Assembly: GCA_040755855.1 (NCBI GenBank)
Contig: JBFMAD010000002.1
Span: forward strand, 224,001 to 288,000
DNA length: 64,000 nucleotides
Origin: Planctomycetota bacterium
GTDB lineage: Bacteria; Planctomycetota; Brocadiia; JAADGH01
Direction of reading: 5' to 3'
Shown: positions 53,801 through 62,194 of the stretch, in pieces
Layout of the letters: each line of letters starts with the position of its first letter
Position numbering within the stretch: position 1 is the stretch's first letter
Position numbers and translations under genes: made by a program
The notes under the pieces: generated by a model
Databases searched by the model: none
Told to the model about the DNA's origin: nothing
What the model saw: the letters and a program-made list of their open reading frames with translations, nothing else

Positions 53801-54001
53801 CATCGTGCCATCGGCGGCGTGGAACGTCGCCACGCCGTCGGCGAATTGGTGCGACCACGTCTTTGCCTTGTCCAACGGCGCCCATGCGGGGGTTGCCGTC
53901 CAGCCGCCTTCGGGCTTCAGCGAGATCGTCTGGTCCTGCGCGAGTGATGTGGCCGAGAGGCAGACAGCAACGACCAGCCACACGGCGGGGTATCGTTTCA
54001 T
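50873..54001 (-). CDS. Secreted putative glycoside hydrolase (DUF6259/GH-like TIM barrel)
   Basis: Signal peptide at 54001; 'GLHAGDWHAAF', 'GIRVGLYLD', 'CDGIYLDE', 'LYTEH'. Confidence 0.75.
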   Translation of the reverse strand: MKRYPAVWLVVAVCLSATSLAQDQTISLKPEGGWTATPAWAPLDKAKTWSHQFADGVATFHAADGTMLWLRYFNPELDLAKFRYITMRYRLQNTDPDLQSYFLFMRCGKRIDYRKNIVFFPKDLKHDGQWHTITTTLNDHGKLNCMIVRFASLPKLEGTLEISLLAISREPYPVPISDHAAWKAGADDAVGQPIDISGTLTTDLTAVQKDLAVADWFRKDRVLVAGLPFAAKTEGKVAAATPYKETGTATVPIGQSAREVYLLMGAQLPYRILTYPGWEPGESIDSPLRFSVKLTYADGAAEEQMPYCIDQQKHGVWRGIHAYAVAADPERQIKQMEIRDGMVFGGFYLIAATLGSKTTIPDLYADLCPTPQNGVAFASKPHVRDDKSGTVVGGSDGDVAFDLAKGCGVSSLELPVLDCRLQAVPRPLFSIREGETTWTGEAFKQTEPIHVTDKNVTVKLHCAEAKLDAELTIDLPVDGEILLHLRVRNADDKTRQLRVVFPEIALTIPDHPDDLWYALPHTSLVLSNRDQVFRDGYGHRYVLQWMDFYDRRIGGGLYVGTRTRDAVHRWYEAGKEKGVTIAKVEYIALDLPADKWQEFPPAVIGLHAGDWHAAFDRNQKWIATWYKPQVPRIDWYRRIWHLRTHWFRVDKYPQYAWLDEKTKAIRNNEMYEMEMEKFGHVDYMHFFDWRISEKYGRWGDYRHYDAIGGLDGFRRMIDFLHGKGIRVGLYLDCFLMSKKSLIGQKHGEEWCTRKQMGQLGDGYSTEEDPMYNMCLAQQGWIDYMAETCARVVKETGCDGIYLDEGGGDMPQYYCWSKDHGHAVPATTIAGCKALFTKVRGALPKDVALYTEHVPCDIVIPHLDGAYQYCHKHESLEFSPGFANVPRFAFPDFKPFMITNAGGMSDGIYDGLIHTLFNGVALYTLSYGHDPDAFALTKKCANILKTHEDAFLTMNPRMLVDSDCPGVYCNAFPGRKETVWTFWNGRYRTVRGRVLTVDHVDGATYRDVWRDQPLTPRIENGQAIIELEIGQRDVGVVVQVRAR

Positions 54002-54094
54002 GGTTAGTCCCTCGACAGATTTCCCTTGTCCGTAGGGCATTATATCTTAAAACAAAACCACCAGAAGGTTGAGGGTTCTGTCGGAAACGGAAGA

Positions 54095-55528
54095 CTACTC
54101 CACCTCCGGCGGCGCGGCCCCGTAGGTCCAGGAGGCGCTCCATGGCGGGGCCGGCTTCGGCTCAGGGACCTTGCCCGGCGACATCGAGTTCGCCAGCTCG
54201 ACGCACGCCTTGGCGATGCGTGTGCCGCTGCCGACCTCCAGGTTGCTGTAACTGGACAGCCGCGTCTCATACCCGCCGCCGTGTTTGCCCATGGCGTCCT
54301 CGGTGGGGATGTAGCCGACGCAGTCGTTGGCCAGCTCCACGGGGTAGGTGAAGGGGAACTTGCTGCCGGCCTTGATGTCCAGTCCATACTGGCAGAAGTA
54401 TTCCGCCGGGTTCGCCAGGAACACCGCCGCGCCGACCTGGATCACCTGAACCTCGACATCGGCCTCCGGCTCCTTTTCAATCAAGGCGTCGAGGATGACG
54501 ATCTCCTTGGCGAAGGTCCATTCCGTCGCGTCCACCTTGCTTCGATCGTGCATGGAGATCTCGATGCACTTGCGCACCCGCTCGGGATTCGGCTTGCGGC
54601 GTTTGAAGCGCAGCGTCTTTGTGCGGAAGTCCACCGGCGTCAGCTCGCCCGGCTCCACGGTGAGGAGCACCTTCACCGCCTCCGCGCCGACGCGCCCGCC
54701 GACGAACTGCGCCGACCGCTCGCCCGCCCGGCGAACATACGGAGTCAGGTTGTCCACCTGCGTCACGTCGCCGCAAGCGCCGTTGAGGAAGACGACGACG
54801 GCCTGCTGCCCCATGACGCCGCGGATCGTCTGCTCCAGGTAATATATCCAGTCGGCCGACGTCCCGCCCGGGCCGGTAGTGCCGTGGCAGGCGTAGTTCA
54901 CGACGCAACCGAGTAGCTTGCCGTCCGCCCCCCACGCGCCGAGGACGCCGACCTCGGGGTCTATAGGCCCTGCGGGCTCGACGATGTCGGGATTCCCCTG
55001 GCCGGGGTGGGTGAAGGAGAGACCGTTCTTCATGCGGAAGCGACGGTTGAAGGCGACTTGGTCCTCGCGGCCCGATCCGACGCCGCACCGGGCCTCGACG
55101 CGATTCCTGTCCGCCTCGCAAACGGCCTCGATGAGCGCCTTCTCCACGAATTCGAGATAGGCCGCGTCGGCGCAGGAGGAGAGTTCGTAGGCCAGTTTCT
55201 GGACGAACGCCGAGGCATGGTCGAACTGTCCCGGCTGAATCATGCCGACGGGGCCGGCGGAGTGGGAGTGCGATGCGCCGATCAGGACCGCCTCGGGGGC
55301 GATGCCGCATTTCGCCTGAAGGCCTTTGCGCACGGCCTCGACCAACGGCCGATAGACGAAGAGCGCGTCAATGCCGACGAGGGCGACGCGCTTCCGTCCG
55401 TCGTCGAAAACCGATGCGCGCACCTTGCACGGGTCGTGCATCTCCTTGTGGAACGCCTTGCCGTAGCCGCCGGGTTTTTCCATGCCGGCTTTTGGGGTGA
55501 TGTCTCTCTCCGCAAAGCCTGCTTTCAT
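54095..55528 (-). CDS. Neutral/alkaline ceramidase-like hydrolase
   Basis: 'GFAERDITP', 'ASHSHSAG', 'FNRR', 'GPIDPEV', 'NYACH', 'NGACGDV', 'GYIPT'. Confidence 0.88.
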   Translation of the reverse strand: MKAGFAERDITPKAGMEKPGGYGKAFHKEMHDPCKVRASVFDDGRKRVALVGIDALFVYRPLVEAVRKGLQAKCGIAPEAVLIGASHSHSAGPVGMIQPGQFDHASAFVQKLAYELSSCADAAYLEFVEKALIEAVCEADRNRVEARCGVGSGREDQVAFNRRFRMKNGLSFTHPGQGNPDIVEPAGPIDPEVGVLGAWGADGKLLGCVVNYACHGTTGPGGTSADWIYYLEQTIRGVMGQQAVVVFLNGACGDVTQVDNLTPYVRRAGERSAQFVGGRVGAEAVKVLLTVEPGELTPVDFRTKTLRFKRRKPNPERVRKCIEISMHDRSKVDATEWTFAKEIVILDALIEKEPEADVEVQVIQVGAAVFLANPAEYFCQYGLDIKAGSKFPFTYPVELANDCVGYIPTEDAMGKHGGGYETRLSSYSNLEVGSGTRIAKACVELANSMSPGKVPEPKPAPPWSASWTYGAAPPEVE

Positions 55529-55630
55529 CGCTGATCCTTTCTTCTGACAACATCGCTATCTCGATCCTACTGTACGCTACCCTCTTGCCTCGCAGAAATC
55601 AAGGGGGTGTCATCTCATCGTAATGCTTCC

Positions 55631-55751
55631 GATGGTGTGAAGAAATTTGCAGCCCCGCGTCCTGCCGGGCTTCAGCCTGCGGGCCGATCCGCGGCGCTCC
55701 TGTGCATCCATAAAGAGTGAAGGGGCGCGCCTGCAATTTTTTCACGCCTTC
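55631..55751. mobile_element. Degenerate MITE-like element
   Basis: GGTGTGAAGAAATTTGCAG (55634) and CTGCAATTTTTTCACGCC (55731-55748) are inverted; internal GGGC-ttca-GCCT hairpin. Confidence 0.45.
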
Positions 55752-55781
55752 CGGGGTATCACATTCTTCTTGCCTTTGGAC

Positions 55782-55810
55782 TTGAACACATCTATCGGCG
55801 AGGATATAAT
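55782..55810 (+). promoter_or_regulatory. Sigma70-like promoter
   Basis: TTGAAC-N17-TATAAT upstream of ATG 55847. Confidence 0.55.
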
Positions 55811-55846
55811 AATGTAAGCGAATTCTGTGTGTGCATCGTGAGTGCC

Positions 55847-57256
55847 ATGGACGCAACCATCTATTGTGGAAAATGCGGAAAACAGCTTGAAGTAGCGGAA
55901 TTCGGCAAGGGGAAGCAAACGAAATGTGTCCGGTGCGGGGTGAATGTCCCTGTGCCCGGTTCGAGACCGATTGAACCGCAAATCCGGCTGTTTTGCTCCC
56001 AGTGCGGGGGACGCCTGGCCGCCCCGGCCTCCCACGCGGGGGAGGATATGATCTGCCCAAGCTGCCGGCTCTCTATCACCCTCCCGCAAGTGGACTCCTC
56101 GAGCGGGGGCGCTGGCGACACTCAGCCTCTGCTGCCCGCTGCGCAAAAGGGGGATACGGAAGCCATCCCCTCTTTGAAACCGTCAGGCCCCGAGACGCCT
56201 CCCGTCCATTTTCAAGCACCCGATATGGGAGGAGACGTCACACCGGCCTCTCCCGCCCTCGCCGCGGAAATCGCAAATAGCGAGACGCGCGCCATTGACA
56301 TCGAGGAACTATCCTCGGAAGCGGCGAAGGCCCCGGCGCCGGGAGATCTGGAGGGACCCGCCGTCCAGGACGGCGACACGCGCGCCGTCAGCGTCGGCCC
56401 GGCCCCGTCGGCGGGGACCCGCCCCGCTTCCCCCGACCCGTCGCCTGCACAGGCGCAAATAGAGGACGACGAGGGCGAGGTCGTCGAGCTCGCAGACGAA
56501 CGCGCCCGATGGATGGACCGGCTCTTAGACGAGTTCGTCGAGAAACACCACGGGGAGTGGAAGACGGGCGACCTGATCCTCCTTTCCGAGCGCCTGAGCC
56601 GCGTGGGATACCGCTATCTGGATATCGTCGCGCTGAACGCTCAACTCCAGAAGAAGAAGGAGGCCTACAACACCACCACGGAGAAGAACCTCAAGGCGCT
56701 CCAGGAGGAGAACAAGCTCGAGGAATTCGTGGACAAGCAGATGGGCCGATGGAGCGACAAGGAGCTGGCCGAATTTCTGGTGCAGGTTAAGGCGGCGGGG
56801 CGCTGGCCCCTCAAGCTGCCAATGGTCAACAAGGTCCTGGAGGACTTCCGGCGCCCGTGGAAGGTCAAGATGGCCGCCAACCTGAAACGGCTGGTCAAGG
56901 ATGGCGTCCTCAGGGAATACATCGAGTCGCGCAGCGGAGGGTGGACGCAGGACGGCTGGAAGGACCTGATGAAGCAACTCGTTGACAAGGGCTACGCCCC
57001 CTTCGACCCCACCTCCGTCGCTATGGCCCTTCGGAAGGAGCTGACCCTCCGGGCGCGCGAAAACCTGACCCGCCTCCAGAAAAACGGCGTCCTCGCCGAC
57101 TTCGTCGCCGCCCACAAAGGCGACTGGACCCGGGAGGACATGCAGAAACTGCTGGCCCGCATCGAGAAGGATGGCTACGCGCCCATCGTCAACCTGGGCG
57201 AGGCGCTCGACGTCGCGCGCGAACGCTGGTCGCAGCAAAACGCGCCCCCATCATAA
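55847..57256 (+). CDS. Double zinc-ribbon protein with disordered linker and four ~62-aa C-terminal repeats
   Basis: 'CGKCG...CVRCG', 'CSQCG...CPSC'; Pro/Ala linker; repeated 'L.(E/D)F(V/I)....G.W....GY.P'. Confidence 0.85.
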   Translation: MDATIYCGKCGKQLEVAEFGKGKQTKCVRCGVNVPVPGSRPIEPQIRLFCSQCGGRLAAPASHAGEDMICPSCRLSITLPQVDSSSGGAGDTQPLLPAAQKGDTEAIPSLKPSGPETPPVHFQAPDMGGDVTPASPALAAEIANSETRAIDIEELSSEAAKAPAPGDLEGPAVQDGDTRAVSVGPAPSAGTRPASPDPSPAQAQIEDDEGEVVELADERARWMDRLLDEFVEKHHGEWKTGDLILLSERLSRVGYRYLDIVALNAQLQKKKEAYNTTTEKNLKALQEENKLEEFVDKQMGRWSDKELAEFLVQVKAAGRWPLKLPMVNKVLEDFRRPWKVKMAANLKRLVKDGVLREYIESRSGGWTQDGWKDLMKQLVDKGYAPFDPTSVAMALRKELTLRARENLTRLQKNGVLADFVAAHKGDWTREDMQKLLARIEKDGYAPIVNLGEALDVARERWSQQNAPPS

Positions 57257-57424
57257 CCCGGTCCCGACTGGACGCAGATCGCCCTGCCGTGGGACCAGTT
57301 CAAACTTGAGGGGAAACAGACGCCATCCTTCGACATGCTCTCCGCCCGCCTCGGCCAGCTCCGCCTCCGCACCCCGGAGGGGGCGGATGTGCAGATTGAT
57401 GACATCTGCACGATGACCGAGTGA
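57257..57424 (+). pseudogene. Orphan 3' fragment resembling a CBM11/CIA30-like domain end
   Basis: Directly after TAA, in the same frame: 'PGPDWTQIALPWDQFKLEG...GQLRLRTPEGADVQIDDICTMTE*' with GC3-rich codons. Confidence 0.5.
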
Positions 57425-57504
57425 AGCCGTAAGCAAACCCACCTGCAATACATCATGGGGGCAGTTGCTCTCCCCCGGGGGAAAAGAAAAAAACCAAAAA
57501 CCCC

Positions 57505-57532
57505 TTGACTTTATCCGCTCTGCTGTTATACT
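57505..57532 (+). promoter_or_regulatory. Sigma70-like promoter of the three-gene island
   Basis: A-rich UP-like tract, TTGACT-N16-TATACT with extended -10 TGn. Confidence 0.6.
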
Positions 57533-57570
57533 GTATTATAGTCTGTAACTAATATAGGAGAGAATAGGAA

Positions 57571-58161
57571 ATGCCAGAACAAGCGAATGATGCGTTAAAA
57601 CAGGTCTTACAACTGTTTTCCGAGGCAAAAGAAGCTCTGCTATCCGAAGGAAAACGGCGAGCAGGAGAGGCCGCAGACTGGGAAATGGCCAAAATGCTTT
57701 TTAGCATTGCGGAGGCGACGGATGACCTCCGGCGGCAGGCGTCGGAGATATTGGACGGAAAACCCGAACCGGTGCAGACTCCGGCAGTTAGGGACGTGGC
57801 TCGGAAGGGCGAAAGACTCCCGAAAAAGGAATACCCGAAGTTCTTCATCCGGGGCAACATGCTGGTGAAACAGGGATTAACGCGCAACCGCAAGGAGACC
57901 TACGAGCACACCGTGTCGAAGGAACACTTTGATTCGATTGTAGCCATGCTCGCTGAGGAAGCAAAGAACCGGACGGAATTCCTCGGTCCCGCCCTAGCCG
58001 AGAAGGCCAATTGCGCCCCCTACGAATTTTATGTCGTTCTCGCATGGCTGAAACACGTCGGCTTGGTCGAAACCCAAAGACGCGGGCAATACCGCTTTGT
58101 TTCGCCGAACAGCCTTGAATCTGATGCTCACGCTCGATGGAAGCAAGAAGAAAATGCTTGA
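57571..58161 (+). CDS. Hypothetical protein with probable C-terminal winged helix
   Basis: RBS AGGAG/AGGA; 'YPKFFIRGNMLVKQG...YEH', 'YVVLAWLKHVGLVETQRRGQYRF'. Confidence 0.8.
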   Translation: MPEQANDALKQVLQLFSEAKEALLSEGKRRAGEAADWEMAKMLFSIAEATDDLRRQASEILDGKPEPVQTPAVRDVARKGERLPKKEYPKFFIRGNMLVKQGLTRNRKETYEHTVSKEHFDSIVAMLAEEAKNRTEFLGPALAEKANCAPYEFYVVLAWLKHVGLVETQRRGQYRFVSPNSLESDAHARWKQEENA

Positions 58162-58219
58162 AGCGTAATTGAAAGTCACACACGCGATCTTTCCCGGATA
58201 GAATGGAGTTTGCCGGTTA

Positions 58220-58846
58220 ATGGAAAAAAAACTAAAAGCACTCGAAGAATTTGATTCCTCCTGTTACGAGGCAATTGACCTCGATAGGCTGGTCATCTAT
58301 ACGGCCGTAGAACTTGAAAAGGTCGGAGTTACACTTTTCCTTGAAAACATCGTTGTGGCGGCCTTCAGGCTTTTCCCCAAGAAGTTTTCCTTGCCCGGAT
58401 ACCCCGAGTACCCCGACTCAGCACGGGTTGAAAAAAGCTTGTGGCGTAGCAGGGGGAAGAGAAGGCGGTGGATAGGAGGCAAGACGCCACATGGATATTT
58501 GATCACCGACGTGACGAAATTGGTCGCTGCGCAAACCGCCGAAGAATTATCTGGTGTTAGTGCACCGAAACCAACCATCGCCTCCCGGTTGCGAAGGAGA
58601 GAGGCAATTCTGAGAGAGGTTACGAACTCACCTGCATATCAAAAATATGTGGATGGCAGAGTCGAGATGATCTCTCGGTCCGATTTCTGTTACCTATTGC
58701 AGGGCACATTGGATTCTTCGAAAGACACCTTAAGAGATAATCTTCTCTCACTCAAAGAATTTGCTCGAGAACTTGGACGCATGGATTTGTTGAAATTTTT
58801 GGACGGCTTGGAAGATCGTTTCAAGGATTTTTTGGGCAACAAGTAA
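58220..58846 (+). CDS. Hypothetical protein with probable N-terminal winged helix
   Basis: RBS GGAG; 'ENIVVAAFRLFPKKFSLPGYPEYPDSARV...WIGG...GYLITD'; helical C-terminus. Confidence 0.8.
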   Translation: MEKKLKALEEFDSSCYEAIDLDRLVIYTAVELEKVGVTLFLENIVVAAFRLFPKKFSLPGYPEYPDSARVEKSLWRSRGKRRRWIGGKTPHGYLITDVTKLVAAQTAEELSGVSAPKPTIASRLRRREAILREVTNSPAYQKYVDGRVEMISRSDFCYLLQGTLDSSKDTLRDNLLSLKEFARELGRMDLLKFLDGLEDRFKDFLGNK

Positions 58847-58864
58847 AAGAACAGGAGAGCCTTA

Positions 58865-61066
58865 ATGGAACGGGAGCGATGGATAATTGAGGCTGATCCG
58901 CGGCACACGACACGGCGCATCAGACTGATGCAGGGAAATGCTATACGTGCGCTTGTTGAACTTATCACAAATGGGGATGATAGTTACACACGGCTTGAAG
59001 AGCAAAACATCCCATGCGAAGGCCTCATCGAGGTCATTTATAAAAAGGATGGCTATCGTGGCCTATTCTCAGTCCGTGACCATGCGGAAGGTATGTCCAT
59101 CGAGGATATCCGCAATAGCTTCAAGAAATATGGAAAAGCAACCAGTGGAATGGAAATGGGCAGAGGGGTACGGGGGTATTTCGGGCAAGGTGCAAAGGAT
59201 GCCTTGGCAGGCATGATGGAAGGCAAAATCTGCACCTTCAAAGATAATGAATATGTCGAGCTTAGACTTTTCATAGAGAATGGAAAGCCCTGTGGTGAGA
59301 TCGAGCAACATGGCCCCGCCGCCTCAGGGTTGCGGGAAATGTGTGGGATCAAGGGAAATGGAACTATTGCATACTTTACTGCAGATCCACAAAAGACAGG
59401 GACAGTTCCCCAATTCAACACAGTCCATGAGGAACTGGCGAATAATTACCTTCTGCGCAAGATCGTGACAAATCGTCGCAGGAAAGTGGTTCTTCATGAT
59501 GGAGATAGAGGCAAAGAACGACGATTGCGTTATCAAATGCCGGAAGGGGACGAAATTCTCAGTGAGGATTTCACGGTTTCGTATGGCCAGTATGGAGATT
59601 TTCCCATCCATGTTTCTATCTGGCGTGCTCCCAAAGAACTCACCCAAAGGGGAGACGACCGTACCGGAGGACTCCTGCTCGTGGATGATGAGGATGTTCC
59701 GTTGGGGATAACGCTCTTTAGGTACGACAATGAGCCACTTGCAGCAAACTTCTATGGAGAGGTAAGGATAGGGAGATTCCGAGAACTCCTCAAGGCGGAA
59801 GAAGCCGTCCTTAGCGAAGAGCGAGACGGTCTCATTCCTCGACATCCCTTTTGCCAATTATTGATTCCCGTGGTAGAAAAACGCATCGAAGAGAAAATAA
59901 AGGAGGAAAGGGCGCGTAGGCAAAAAGAAGCCCGGAGCAAGATTGATCAAGAAGAGAACTCCCGATACAGAAGAGCTTTCAGCCTCCTCAATGAGATAGC
60001 AGAACTCGAAGCAGAACCTGTTACAAACTTGGCTGATCGGTTGACGGGCCAACTGGAACTTCCGAACGGCTTTGCTATTTGCCCTTCCTCAGCCCAGATC
60101 ACGGTAGGAAAACGCTATGCCTTCCAACTGTGTGTGGATACAGAGGTGGTCCGACACGGGTCCATTGTGAAGGTATCGTGTACCCATCCGAAAATCCAGA
60201 TCATAAACCGCGAAGTCAAAATCTCGACTGATAACGGCACGGGCATTCTCCGCAAATACATTACCGTCAAAGGAACTGAGCCCAATATCGAGGGAACTAT
60301 TCGTGCTACCGCAGGTAGTAATATCGCCGAAGCGAAAGTATATGTAGTTCCGGAAAAAGAACTCTTGCTGGAGGAGGGAATGGTGTTTCAGCCGGAGACG
60401 TTAACACTGCGACCAAATCAGCCTCGAAGGGTATCATTGCTTGTGTATGTTAAGCGCATATTCGACGGTAGCACGATCTCTATATCCTCGGACAACGAAT
60501 CGATCCATATCTCGGACACTGAAATCACCGTAAATGAGGCTGATGCAACAAGGCATGTAGCTAAGTACCAACTCGAGGTTTGGGGCGAAGGCACCGACCA
60601 GGATGCCGTCGTCACGGCGGAATTTGAGAACTGTATGGCGCTCTTGCAGGTCCGTGTCAGATCCAAGGATGAACAGGAGCAAAAAGGCCGACAGGGGATG
60701 TTCAAGGAACCCGATTTCAACTATGATCTTGAGCCACATCAACGGTCACAGTATAGTGCCGAGACAGGCAAGGTCATCATCTATGTCAACTTTCCATCCG
60801 TCCAGCACTATCTCGGCGAAGAGTGTCAATATCGGAAGACACTCCCGGCTCAAATTTTGATCGCGGACCTGGTGGCCGAAAGATGCTTCTATGAGATAGC
60901 CCAAATGAAAGTGCAGAAAAGCGGAGCTGTCATTAGACCTGAGGCCATTTATGACAGGATTCAACGAGATGCTTACGAGCTCTCCAAGAAATATGGCAAG
61001 AAGGTCCACCAAGCATTAGTTGACCAAAAGATGCTTCAAGATGCCATATCATCCGGGCAGAGCTAA
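58865..61066 (+). CDS. GHKL (HATPase_c / MORC-like) ATPase with coiled coil and tandem Ig-like domains
   Basis: N box 'LVELITNGDDS', G1 'DHAEGMS', G2 'GYFGQGAK', G3 'GNGT'; 'LSEERDGL'; coiled coil 'IEEKIKEERARRQKE'. Confidence 0.88.
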   Translation: MERERWIIEADPRHTTRRIRLMQGNAIRALVELITNGDDSYTRLEEQNIPCEGLIEVIYKKDGYRGLFSVRDHAEGMSIEDIRNSFKKYGKATSGMEMGRGVRGYFGQGAKDALAGMMEGKICTFKDNEYVELRLFIENGKPCGEIEQHGPAASGLREMCGIKGNGTIAYFTADPQKTGTVPQFNTVHEELANNYLLRKIVTNRRRKVVLHDGDRGKERRLRYQMPEGDEILSEDFTVSYGQYGDFPIHVSIWRAPKELTQRGDDRTGGLLLVDDEDVPLGITLFRYDNEPLAANFYGEVRIGRFRELLKAEEAVLSEERDGLIPRHPFCQLLIPVVEKRIEEKIKEERARRQKEARSKIDQEENSRYRRAFSLLNEIAELEAEPVTNLADRLTGQLELPNGFAICPSSAQITVGKRYAFQLCVDTEVVRHGSIVKVSCTHPKIQIINREVKISTDNGTGILRKYITVKGTEPNIEGTIRATAGSNIAEAKVYVVPEKELLLEEGMVFQPETLTLRPNQPRRVSLLVYVKRIFDGSTISISSDNESIHISDTEITVNEADATRHVAKYQLEVWGEGTDQDAVVTAEFENCMALLQVRVRSKDEQEQKGRQGMFKEPDFNYDLEPHQRSQYSAETGKVIIYVNFPSVQHYLGEECQYRKTLPAQILIADLVAERCFYEIAQMKVQKSGAVIRPEAIYDRIQRDAYELSKKYGKKVHQALVDQKMLQDAISSGQS

Positions 61067-61144
61067 ACGGCCGTGAATCTCAGGCGCGAAAAGGGCCATT
61101 GACACACGCCTTCTTCGATTCCCTCCAGGGGCGAACCAAAGCAT

Positions 61145-62194
61145 CTACGGAATCAGGATGCCCTTCAGCCCCCGCAAATTCTCCAAGTCGGCGAAGACCC
61201 GTTCCCAGTTCGTGAGCGGTTCCTTGTGGGTGATGAGGGATGCGGCGTTGATGCGCCCCGACGCGATGAGGCCGATGGCCTTGTCCCAACTGGTGTAGCT
61301 GGTGGAGAGGTTGAAGATGATGTCGCAGACCTTGAACATAGCACCCCGCCAGGCGAAGCTGGTCCGGTCCGTGGCCGGGATGCCGATGGCCGTGATCCGA
61401 CCCTTCTTGCGCACAAGCTCGACCGCGCTGTTGATCGCCGGCTCGGCCCCGCTCGCCTCGACCACCAGGTCCGCGCCGACGCCGTGGGTCAGCTCCATGC
61501 ACTTCTCCATCGGATTGGTCTCGGCAAGGTTCACCACGTGATCCACGCCGATCTCCCGCGCCTTGGCGAGGCGCAGCTCCTCGTCCGCCGGGGTGCCGAT
61601 GATCATCACCGCCCGCGCGCCCCCCGCCTTCGCCGCCATCGCCGCCAGCAGGCCGATGGGTCCCGGACCGAGGACGACGACGAAGTCGTTCGGCTCGACG
61701 CGGCCGCGTTCGAGGACGTCATGGACCACGTTGCACGTCGGCTCGACGACGGCCCCCTCCTCGAATGAGACGTGATCGGGCAGGCGGTGGAGGAGTTTCT
61801 CCGGCATCTTGAGGTATTTCGCAAAGGCCCCGTCAATGCCCCAGCCGGGTGAGCGCTTGTCCGGGCATATCTGGATATTGCCCGTGCGGCAGAGGTAGCA
61901 CTTGCCGCAGGCGCGGGTGTGCGGCTCGCCGACGACGCGGTCGCCGACCTTGAAATTCTTCACGTCCTTGCCGACCTCGGCGATGACGCCGGCGAACTCG
62001 TGGCCGAGGATCACCGGCGGCCAGTAGGGGAAGCGGTCCTCCTTCACGTGGAGGTCCGTGCCGCAGATGCCCGCGGCCTTGACCTCGATGAGGACCTCGT
62101 CCGCGTCATAGACCGGCATGGGGACTTCGCGCAACTCCAGGTTGCCCGGCCCTTTTTTCGTTTTGACGAGCGCAAGCATGCTGTTCATCTCCAT
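61145..62194 (-). CDS. Zn-dependent medium-chain dehydrogenase (threonine/sorbitol dehydrogenase-like)
   Basis: 'GICGTDLH', 'LGHEFAG', 'CGKCYLCRTGNIQIC', 'GPGPIG'. Confidence 0.95.
   Translation of the reverse strand: MEMNSMLALVKTKKGPGNLELREVPMPVYDADEVLIEVKAAGICGTDLHVKEDRFPYWPPVILGHEFAGVIAEVGKDVKNFKVGDRVVGEPHTRACGKCYLCRTGNIQICPDKRSPGWGIDGAFAKYLKMPEKLLHRLPDHVSFEEGAVVEPTCNVVHDVLERGRVEPNDFVVVLGPGPIGLLAAMAAKAGGARAVMIIGTPADEELRLAKAREIGVDHVVNLAETNPMEKCMELTHGVGADLVVEASGAEPAINSAVELVRKKGRITAIGIPATDRTSFAWRGAMFKVCDIIFNLSTSYTSWDKAIGLIASGRINAASLITHKEPLTNWERVFADLENLRGLKGILIP

Noticed and set aside
57460..61140. att sites or an integrase delimiting the low-GC island
   Set aside because: Only weak similarity between the flanks (ctcccccgggggg versus ttccctccagggg) and no recombinase gene.
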